Assembly: GCF_963921235.1 (NCBI RefSeq)
Contig: NC_086128.1
Coordinates: forward strand, 9,238,001 to 9,302,000
Length of the DNA stretch: 64,000 bases
From: Mobula hypostoma
Lineage: Eukaryota
Reading direction: 5' to 3'
The notes under the pieces are model-generated. The model saw nothing but the letters and a program-made list of their open reading frames with translations, was not told the DNA's origin and ran no database searches. A program made the position numbers and the translations under genes. Below are positions 54,870 to 64,000 of this stretch, piece by piece (the first letter of the stretch is position 1; every line of letters starts with the position of its first letter).

Positions 54870-55400
54870 GGCGGGCCGAGTGTTGGTTTCTGCGCTGTAC
54901 GAGCCTAACCAAAGCCGTTCCCCAAGTACTGACCTACTCGGCCCGGTTCCGGTGTGCCGAACCCGACCCCCGCTCCCGCTCCGACCGTTGCACCCTGCTA
55001 GCTCGTTAGGTCCCGCTCCTTTCTGCCAACTGTAGCAGCCGTTGCCATGGGACCAGGCCACGCCCCCTTACTGACTCGCCTCTGTCGCAACATTGACAAT
55101 GGGCCTGCAGCCTTGTGACGGAGCGCCGGTAGCCGCCGTCACGCCGTGCCGGGCTAGGCTGGGCTACCGGAGAGGAGCGGGTTTGCATTGGGCAGGTCTC
55201 TAGGCTCGGACCGGGGGACCAAAGCTGAGGCATTTGCAGGTGGCTTGGCGGTTGACTGAAGTTGACAGCTGCCGCTGACGGCACTCAGGGAGTGGAGGGC
55301 AAGTAAGGCTGCATCTCTACGCTGTGAGCCGCCGAGCCATTCCTCTATTTATCTGTGCCGCTCGAAGCCTTTAGCGCGGCCGTGTCTCCCACTGGGACAG
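54870..55400. promoter_or_regulatory. CpG-rich, probably bidirectional promoter (CCDC103 minus; orphan gene plus)
   Basis: The only clearly CpG-dense non-repeat segment. X-box-like GTTGCCATGGGAC (55041-55053), SP/KLF box GGCCACGCCCC (55056-55066), ETS-like TTCCGG near 54947. Outward-facing donors: minus AG|GTCAGT (exon end 54934) and plus CAA|GTAAGG (exon end 55302). Confidence 0.75.
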
Positions 55401-56639
55401 GAAGCTGCCCGGCCACTTGGAATGAATAGCGAGGAACCAAGTCATTCTGCCCATCCAGCCCGTCTGGTATCTGCTTCCACACAGTGGCTCCTCATATAAT
55501 AGCCGCCTCCCCTTCCCAAGCACCTGAACACACCTCCTCCTGCCTCTGTGCTAGCTCCCACATATTAACCCCTTCGGGTGCGACAGTTCTCTCCTGAATT
55601 CCCCACTGGATTGAATTGAATCTTGCATTTAACCACTGACTAGTTTTGAATTATTCCATATGGAAACATCTAACCTCTGTTGTGAAGAATGGAAGCAGAA
55701 TACTCATCTGTTTGTTTTAATATAAAAAGCATTACCGTCTATTTCAGCTTTTGTAAATAGTTCCCGGGCTTTGGGCTCTGCAATTTTTTTTTTCACTACC
55801 TCCAACATGTATTTGTCATTTTAATCAAGGGAAAATGAAAACTGGAGTGTCTGTTTATTTATAAAAGGGAGAGCAGATCCATAAGTGTGGTCTAACAAGA
55901 ATTCTAGATCAACTGGGTATAATTTTCTGGCTTGGCATTTTAATTTTCTGGAGATACAATAATTAATTATACATTCTGTAGTTTTTGTTAACTTGTACAA
56001 GTTCCTAGAAATATAATGCACCCTGTACATTTTGTTTTCTGTTCTTGTACGCCATTTAAATTATTTCCAAGATGTAATTGGCCTTCTTATTCCTCCTGCC
56101 AAAATGGCATGCACTTATCTAAACTGAAATTGATTTTCTAGTTGGGCACCCATTTTGCAAGTTTATTTATTACAATATCTCCTATTTCCATTTTGGATTA
56201 TAAGCATTCATAGTATTTTCTTTTTTGTATTAATTTGTTGTATTTTGTCAAAGTCCTCTTTACACTACTGCCAGCACCACCACCACCACGACCACAAATT
56301 TGAAATCTTTCGCCAAGAAGTTCATCTGTATTATTTTTGCAAATGCAGTCTCAGCACTGACCCTTTTTTAACCCCTTTATACTCTTTAGCTGGTTTGCAC
56401 GCAGTTTGATGTCTGTTTTGATGTCATTTTCATTCCCTGCCTTTTGCTATTCTATATATAAATACAACATTCATTGAAGTATCCCGTGTATTCTTTGTGT
56501 ACTTAAGGTAACAGTATAGTTGACCATGCCTTTTCATATTAATCAGCATTAACTTTAATAATATTCTTGTTTTCAGGTGTTTTTTTTCTGTTGCATCCTT
56601 AATCAGTAAATATTCCAATACCTTTCCAGCCAGTAAGAT

Positions 56640-57362
56640 ATGACAATGCTCTCAAATTTATGCAAGGCCTTTCAAAATTTTTGCTGCGAAGATTGCATGG
56701 AAGATGATAGTCTTACGCAACAATCAAATCATAGATTACACCACAGAGGGAATGATAGTGAAAAAGAAGTCCGTTTCACGAACAGTTCCTTTGAGAGGAA
56801 GAATCTGCACTTGAGAAAAGAGAAAGCAAGGAAAGGGCAGACAAAAGAAACAGATAATTCAAAGGTTAAGAAGGCCACAAGACACCAAGCAGGAAAGCTG
56901 CCTCCAGCACGCCGAGGCAGACAGCACAGTAAAGAAAACCTGAATGTTAAAAAGGGCACTGCAAGCAGACAGCACAGCAAGGAGAGTGTAAATAGTAGAG
57001 GGAACAGTTCACAACGCAGGGGCCAAGGAAACCAATCACCCAGCGGAGAGAGCACTCAGAGCAAAAGATATTCTGAAGACAACAGAGCGAGTCGACGGCC
57101 CAGCGAAGAGAGTCTGAAAGTCAGAAAAAATACGGCAGCTAAGAGAGGTAAAATCAGCAGACAGCATAACAGAGAAGAGTTGCATGGCAGAAGAGGCTCA
57201 GCAGCACACAAAGGAAATAGAAGCAATCCATCTAACAACAAGAAGCTGAGGGATCAAAAAAACACAGCAGCGTCCAGAAAGAGTGCAAGCAGACAACATA
57301 GCAAAGAAAAGATAAATAGCAAGAAAATGACTTCTGGGCACACAAGGAAAGCAAGCAAATAG
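56640..57362 (+). CDS. Uncharacterised basic low-complexity protein (240 aa) with RQHSKE repeats
   Basis: Non-repeat-derived 723-nt ORF. Pyrimidine-rich acceptors upstream (ttgttttcag 56576; cctttccag 56629). AATAAA at 57739-57744 followed by a T/GT-rich tract. 60/240 residues are K/R. Confidence 0.7.
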   Translation: MTMLSNLCKAFQNFCCEDCMEDDSLTQQSNHRLHHRGNDSEKEVRFTNSSFERKNLHLRKEKARKGQTKETDNSKVKKATRHQAGKLPPARRGRQHSKENLNVKKGTASRQHSKESVNSRGNSSQRRGQGNQSPSGESTQSKRYSEDNRASRRPSEESLKVRKNTAAKRGKISRQHNREELHGRRGSAAHKGNRSNPSNNKKLRDQKNTAASRKSASRQHSKEKINSKKMTSGHTRKASK

Positions 57363-57738
57363 CACAGTATAAAGTGAAAAAGAGAAAAATGGTCATTGCA
57401 GTAGAGAGAGTCTTCGACCAGGTGGCATGGCAGAGAGAGACTTGAGAAGGAAAGATGCAGTAGCCAGGGAGAATGCAATCACCCGAGTAAACAGTGGTTG
57501 TGGGGAAAAGGGCACTACACCAAGAGGGCAGCCCCACAAAGGGAAATTAAACAAGTTTGCAAAGGGAGACTAAGCAGAAGCCTGGTTCAGAGCAATCAGA
57601 TGAGAGGAAGCAAGTGAAGTGCACAGACAGAACCACAAAGACTTAAAACAAAACTACTGGAGCATTGAATCTGCAAGGAAAACACATTTGCAGAAAGACA
57701 AAAATATAAATGACGAAATAATATCTGTGAGTTAAAAT

Positions 57739-57772
57739 AATAAATTAATAGCCATGATTTTTTGTGTGTTTT
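57739..57772 (+). terminator. Poly(A) signal and downstream U/GU-rich element of the orphan gene
   Basis: AATAAA at 57739-57744, then TTTTTTGTGTGTTTT at about 57758-57772. Confidence 0.65.
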
Positions 57773-58189
57773 CTGAAATTTTTAAATATTTTTGTTGAGA
57801 TGTTCGCTCATGGTTGTACATCTCTCCCACATTGATAATTCAATAAGTTCTGAGGAAAGCATACATTGTTTACACAAATGGCAACAGTATAGTGCTGACT
57901 AGGGAGACCAACTGGACACCTGTGCAGAACAAACCTGCAATTGATTAAAACCACTCTACAAAATTAACTGACGTTCAATCTCACGTTTATATATTTTGAT
58001 TGTGCAAACCCAGAATGAAAAGAATAACGAATGAGGTAAATTAAACAGCAGTGCTTAAACTGTAGAATTTGATTTTTAGATGTGTGAATAATCATGCCAT
58101 CACGATTAAGCAATGTATAACAGAGCTTTCATAGTAAAGTTAACTTTTCTCTGCCTTTCTGAGTATGAAAGTAGACCTGCAGCTGACAG

Positions 58190-59480
58190 AACAGGAAAAC
58201 CAAAGTCACTTACAGACATGTAAGTGCGAGTAAAAGGACAGTCTGGTGTGATATGGAATCACAAAAAAAGATGCATACACTGCAATAGAAGTACAAACTG
58301 GGGACTTTTCCCCTCTCTCTACAAAAGAAGTAGATGCTGCAATAGCCACGGTCAAAGTAAAAGTAGTTGAAATACTTGGGTGGCTAACCACTGGTCAAGA
58401 GGTGGTATTTGCTAGTACTGAGATGTCAGGATGGATAGAATGCATCCTAGGTTACTGAGGAAAGTCAGGGTGGAAATAGCAGAGCCATGGGCTATATAAA
58501 TTTCTGGCCTTTCAATGAAGAGATGGTGGCATGTGACTAGATAACAGCAAATTGTAACTTTATTCTGAAAAGGATGATAAGAATAAACTTATCAACAATA
58601 TTGGTGGTGTGGAATCTACTTCAAGTATTAAAATTAATCCTGTGGATTAATAAATGAAAGCTAGCGCATTATTTTAAAATGGCATTTAACGGATTTGAGT
58701 AAATTTTTTGGTGAGTTAAGAGAGGATCGATGAAGTGATTGTGGTTGACCTGAGTATGCTGAAACATTTGATAAGATACTATCAGCAGAATTGGAGTCCA
58801 ATAAATAACTGGGGCAGTGATAACATGGATGCAAAGTTTAAACAGGGTTGTGAATTGTTTTTCTGTAGAAAAGTGGCATGCCTCAGATTGGTGTTGGGGA
58901 CAACTGCTTTTGTACAACTGTTTTAACAGTTTGAACTTTGTCCGGTGGTTTATTTCAAAGTTAGTGGACAGGATCGTTGCGATAGTTTGTAAAATAATTT
59001 AGACAGCAGATACAGGCAAATAAAATACAGTATAATGCAAGGATGCATAACATACTGAAGATTTGGTAAAAAGAATGGTAGAGAAAATAACTTGAAAGGT
59101 ACATTTCTGAAGAGTTACTGATCACAATGATCTGTCTATGTCTGCACAGATGTTTGAAAATAGCTGCAAAGGATAAAAAGACTGTTTTATAAATACAGAC
59201 AGTGTCAAAAGTAAAGGAGTTTTGTAAACACTGATTTACTGTCTAGGAACACACAAAAAATTTTCTTCTCCCTGAGTACAAAGTATCTTTAAATGGAAAG
59301 AATAAAGAATCAGGTTTTCTCCTCAAAGGAGTGAAAATTAAATGGGAATTTCACAAAGTGTTCAAAAGTCATGAAACGTTTAAAGTGTATAAAGAGGAAG
59401 GATTGGCAGAGAACCAAAGATAACTGAAGGAAAAAATGTGCTAGGTTATTGGGAAGTAGCCAAGGAATGGGACCAATTGG
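58190..59480 (+). mobile_element. Ancient, highly degenerate CR1 RT remnant
   Basis: Residual GATAGAATGCATCCTAGGTTACTGAGGAAAGTCAGGGTGGAAATAGCAGAG (HPRLLRKV-like) and other RT traces. Confidence 0.55.
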
Positions 59481-59752
59481 ATTGTTTTCACAATATGCTC
59501 TAACAATTCCATTATTTCCTACAACTTTCTTTAAACAATAATGAAAAGCATGAGTTTGAAAAAGAACTTGAAGTCAGTGTTTTTCACTTCCTTGGGACCT
59601 TCCTAAGTGCTTCATGGCCAATCATAGAAAATTTATGACACAGAGGCCACTTGTCCTAGTGCCAGTTGAAAACAAGCTCACTGGGCTAAAGCAACGCACA
59701 TCAAAGTTGCTGGTGAACGCAGCAGGCCAGGCAGCATCTCTAGGAAGAGGTA

Positions 59753-59788
59753 CAGTCAACGTTTCACGCCGAGACCCTTCGTCAGGAC
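59753..59788 (-). ncRNA. Minimal hammerhead motif, slightly mutated
   Basis: Minus strand GGTC-CTGACGA-AGGGTCTCGGCGT-GAAAC-GTT-GACTG (GUU triplet, one stem II mismatch). Confidence 0.5.
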
Positions 59789-60494
59789 CGGGCTGAAGGA
59801 AGAGCTAGTAAGGGATTTGAAAGTGGGAGGGGGAGGGGGAGATGCAAAATGATAGGAGAAGACAGGAGGGGGAGGGATGGAGCCAAGAACTGGACAGGTG
59901 ATAGGCAAAAGGGATATGAGAGGATCATGGGATAGGAGGTCCGGGAAGAAAGACAAGGGGGAGGGGGGGAAACCCAGAGGATGGGCAAGGGGTATAGTGA
60001 GAGGGACAGAGGGAGAGAAAGGAGAGAGAGAGAAAGAATGTGTGTATATAAATAAATAACAGATGGGGTACGAGGGGGAGGTGGGGCCTAGCGGAAGTTA
60101 GAGAAGTCGATGTTCATGCCATCAGGTTGGAGGCTACCCAGACGCAATATAAGCTGTTGTTCCTCCAACCTGAGTGTGGCTTCATCTTTACAGTAGAGGA
60201 GGCCGTGGATAGACATATCAGAATGGGAATGGGATGTGGAATTAAAATGTGTGGCCACTGGGAGATCCTGCTTTCTCTGGCGGACAGAGGGTAGGTGTTC
60301 AGCAAAGCGGTCTCCCAGTCTGCATCGGGTCTCACCAATATATAAAAGGCCACATCGGGAGCACCGGACGCAGTATATCACCCCAGTCGACTCACAGGTG
60401 AAGTGTTGCCTTACCCCGAAGGACTGGAGAAAGCAACACACATCAAAGTTGCTGGTGAACGCAGCAGGCCAGGCAGCATCTCTAGGAGGAGGTA

Positions 60495-60532
60495 CAGTCG
60501 ACGTTTCGGGCCGAGACCCTTCGTCAGGACTA
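60495..60532 (-). ncRNA. Minimal hammerhead ribozyme motif
   Basis: TAGTC-CTGACGA-A-GGGT-CTCG-GCCC-GAAAC-GTC-GACTG, intact. Confidence 0.75.
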
Positions 60533-60962
60533 ACTGAAGGAAGAGTGAGTAAGGGATTTGAAAGTTGGAGGGGGAGGGGGAGATCCAAAATGATAGGAGA
60601 AGACAGGAGGGGGAGGGATGGAGCCAAGAGCTGGACAGGTGATTGGCAAAAGGGATACGAGAGGATCATGGGATAGGAGGCCCAGGGAGAAAGACAAGGG
60701 GGAGGGGGGGAAACCCAGAGGATGGGCAAGGGGTAGAGTGAGAGGGACAGAGGGAGAAAAAGGAGAGAGAGAGAAAGAATGTGTGTATAAAAATAAATAA
60801 CGGATGGGGTACGAGGAGGAGGTGGGGCATTAACAGTATCCCTTTTGCCAATCAACTGTCCAGTTCTTGGCTCCATCCCTCCCCCTCCTGCCTTCTCCTA
60901 TCATTTTGGATCTCCCCCCTCCCGCTCCCGCTTTCAAATCTCTTACTAGCTCTTCTTTCAGT

Positions 60963-61000
60963 TAGTCCTGACGAAGGGTCTCGGCCCGAAACGTCGACTG
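60963..61000 (+). ncRNA. Minimal hammerhead ribozyme motif
   Basis: TAGTC-CTGACGA-A-GGGT-CTCG-GCCC-GAAAC-GTC-GACTG, intact. Confidence 0.75.
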
Positions 61001-62089
61001 TACCTCTTCCTACAGATGCTGCCTGGCCTGCTGTGTTCACCAGCAACTTTGATGTGTGTTGCTTGAATCTCCAGCATCTGCAGAATTCCTCGTGTTCACT
61101 GGGCTAAACTCACATTCCAGAACATGACACTAACCCTGCAGGTTAAAGCTCTTCAGATGCACATCCAAGTACTCCCTAAATGTGATGTAGGTTTCTGCCT
61201 CCACCATCCTTCTAGTAAGTAACTTAAAAAGCCCTATCACTGTCCAGTGAGATACTTCTCCATCTCCTCTGTAATCCTCTCTGCCAGTGGAAGTAGGCCT
61301 TTCCCATTTGCTTTTTTATGCCTCTCAAACTTTTATATACCTTAAGTTTACCCTGAGGCTTCTATGTGACAAAGAAATCTATTCTAACTTATGCAATCGT
61401 TCTTTATCTTTGTTTTCTGTCCTGGACAAATGCACATAAATTTCTGCACCCTTCCGGTGTAATTACTTGTTTCCTGTAATCTGGTCACCAGAACCTTTCT
61501 GAGAACCAAACTATTACTTGCTCTTGCATTCTATGCCCCAGCTGACAAAAGATAGTATTCTGCATTTGTATGCACTTTAAACTATTTATTATACTGTCAC
61601 TGTTAGGGTCATAGAGTCACACACCATGGAAACAGACAAGTGCTTATCTAAAACCTAGTTAAATGCTTTCTGCAACTCCACTTCCACCACTCTTTCCAGC
61701 ACTGCATTCCAGACACTCGCCACTCTCAAAATTAAAATCTCCCCCTCAGATCCTCTCTGAATCCGTCTCTTTATATTTAATGCCCAGACTAATGAAGGCC
61801 AAGCCCTATCATATGCCTTCTTAACCACATTAACCTGCACTGCCACTTTCAAGGATCTTTGGACAAACACCAAAGTCCTGTTCCTCAATACTCCCTAATA
61901 TCTTACCATTTATGGTGCATATCCTAGCCTCATTGGTACTCACAAAATATTCACATTTATCTGGATCAATCAACATCTGCCATTTCAACAACATACAAAT
62001 AGCTTAACATCTTAAAAAAACACAACTAACAACTGCACCAATCTTAGCGTTAATTGCAAACTTATGATTATACTTTCTACAAGCGATGG

Positions 62090-63225
62090 GACCCCTTCTC
62101 TTCATGATTTTTATAAATGACCTGGATGAGGAAGTGGAGGGATGGGTCAGTAAATTTGCTGATGACACAAAGGTTGGGGGTGTTGTGGATAGTGTGGAGG
62201 GCTGTCAGAGTTTACACCGGGACATTAAAAACATAGAGAAACATAGAAAATAGGTGCAGGAGTAGGCCATTCGGCCCTTCGAGCCTGCACCACCATTCAG
62301 TATGATCATGGCTGATCATCCAACTCAGAACCCTGTACCAGTCTTCCCTCCATACCCCCTGATCCCTTTAGCCACAAGGACATTGATAGGATGCAAAACT
62401 GGGCTGAGAAGTGGCAGATGGAGCTCAACCCAGATAAGTGTGAGGTGGTTCGTTTTGGTAGGTCAAATATGATGGCAGAATATAGTATTAATGGTAAGAC
62501 TCTTGGCAGTGTGGAGGATCAGAGGGATCTTGTGGTCTGAGTCCACAGGACACACAAAGCTGCCACACAGGTTGACTCTGTGGTTAAGAAGGCATACGGT
62601 GCAATGGCCTTCATCAATCGTGGGATCGAGTTTAAGAGCCGAGAGGTAATGTTACAGCTATATAGGACCCTGGTCAGACCCCACTTGGAGTACTGTGCTC
62701 ATTTCTGGTCACCTCACTACAGGAAGGACACGGAAACAATAGAAAGGGTGCAGAGGAGATTTACAAGGATGTTGCCTGGATTGGGGAGCATGCTTTATGA
62801 GAATAGGTTGAGCGAACTCGGCCTTTTCTCCTTGGAGCGGCGGAGGATGAGAGGTGACCTGATAGAGGTGTATAAGATGATGAGAGGCATTGATCGTGTG
62901 GGATAGTCAGAGGATTTTTTCCCAGGGCTGAGATGGCTATCACGAGAGGGCACAGTTTTAAGGTGCTTGGAAGCAGGTACAGAGGGGTTGTCAGTGTAAG
63001 TTTTTTTATGCAGAGAGTGGTGAGTGTGTGGAATTGGCTGCTGGCGACGGTGGTGGAGGCAGATACAATAGGGTCTTTTAAGAGACTCCTGGATAGGTAC
63101 ATGGAGCTTAGAAAAACAGAGGGCTATGGGTAACCCTAGGTAATTTCTAAAGTAAGTACATGTTTGGCACAGCTTTGTAGGCCATAGGGGCTGTATTGTG
63201 CTGTAGGATTTCTCTGTTTCTATGA
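62090..63225 (+). mobile_element. CR1 3' portion with a nested, inverted CR1-type tail (62227-62377)
   Basis: KFADDTK...LVRPHLEYC...FMQRVV and tail. The insert is flanked by the 7-bp TSD GGACATT (62220-62226 and 62378-62384). It sits inside older minus-strand CR1 remnants (about 61110-62080 and 63230-63950). Confidence 0.88.
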
Positions 63226-64000
63226 ATACATCTCCGTCCAAATCATTCACTTATATTACTAAGAGCAAAGGTGCAGCAGCAATGTTAATCAATATCGCTA
63301 ATCTCAGACATCCACTCATAGAAATTACTCTCTAACAGCATCCTCTGTCTCCCATTACCAGACTATTTTTGGATTCAGTTTACCAATTTGTCTTTAATCC
63401 CATGGGACCTAATACTTTAGACCAGTCTCCCATGTTGGACCATGTCAAAGGCCTTATTGAAATCCATGTGAACCAGATCTGCTGCACTGCTTTAATCAAT
63501 ATACCTTGTTACTCTTCAAAAAAAAATCAGATTGATCACACACAATCTGCCTTTGACTAAGCTATGTTGGTTGAGACTGATTAGTCCCCAACTTTCCAAG
63601 TGATTGTTAATCCTTTCCCACAGATTTTTCCCCATGAATTTTCATAACATTGATTGTTAGGCTCTCAGGTCTCTAATAAACAGGCTTTTTCCTGCTGCCC
63701 TTCTTAAAACAGGACCACATATGCCATCCTCCAGTCATCTGGTACTTTGTAGCCAGCAATAGTTAAAAATTCTCAGGACACCAGTAATCTCTTCCCTTGC
63801 TCCCAATGGCAGCCTGGGTTAAATCTATGACCATGCAGTCCAAAGTCCCTTTTAACATTCTCTTGCCATGCTGCACCTACCCTTTCCCAAAAATGCATTA
63901 CCTCACACTTCTCCAGGTTAAATTCTTTTTGCCACACTCCTGCCCACTGATCACATCAGAATCAGGTTTATTATCACCGGAATGTGACGTGAAATTTGTT

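Larger units (their letters stand above)
59691..61095. mobile_element. Penelope-like insertion: two tandem minus units plus one inverted unit
   Basis: Unit 1 at 59691-60415 (includes GIY-YIG), unit 2 at about 60432-60830, inverted unit at about 60836-61095. Perfect 13-bp TSD TCACTGGGCTAAA (59678-59690 and 61096-61108). Confidence 0.92.

Noticed and set aside
56729-57537. Cys/Leu-rich minus-strand ORFs with LLCCL repeats
   Set aside because: Antisense reading of the RQHSKE repeats. Splice and poly(A) signals support the plus strand.
60088-60876. 262-aa ORF fusing a Pro-rich segment to GIY-YIG
   Set aside because: Chance read-through across PLE tandem and inverted junctions. Only the last ~105 aa are true PLE coding sequence.
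55400-64000. EFTUD2 coding exons expected from mammalian synteny
   Set aside because: No MDTDLYDEFG-like or GTPase exon found by eye. They may lie beyond the window.
1-64000. CRISPR arrays, rRNA or tRNA genes
   Set aside because: Eukaryotic repeat-rich DNA. No regularly spaced repeats, and tRNA-like pieces occur only as SINE heads.

Overview
Repeat-rich vertebrate genomic DNA, most likely from a cartilaginous fish (ray/shark), judged from the CR1, Rex/Babar, V-SINE and Neptune-type Penelope content. A large part of the window is retroelement sequence, often nested. Host genes: (1) CCDC103/DNAAF19 on the minus strand, with three coding exons reconstructed by hand (46464-46606, 37499-37622, 35002-35460; 241 aa); (2) intronless FAM187A, minus strand, about 19 kb downstream (14513-15760); (3) a CpG-rich, probably bidirectional promoter at about 54870-55400; (4) on the plus strand, in the position that EFTUD2 occupies in mammals, an unrecognised single-coding-exon gene (56640-57362). 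It encodes a 240-aa, 25% K+R protein with RQHSKE repeats and an N-terminal Cys cluster, and has its own splice sites and poly(A) signal. The two most interesting signals are this orphan gene and a family of minimal hammerhead-ribozyme motifs carried in tandem and inverted Penelope-like insertions. The hammerheads have no stem III loop, so they would have to act as dimers.
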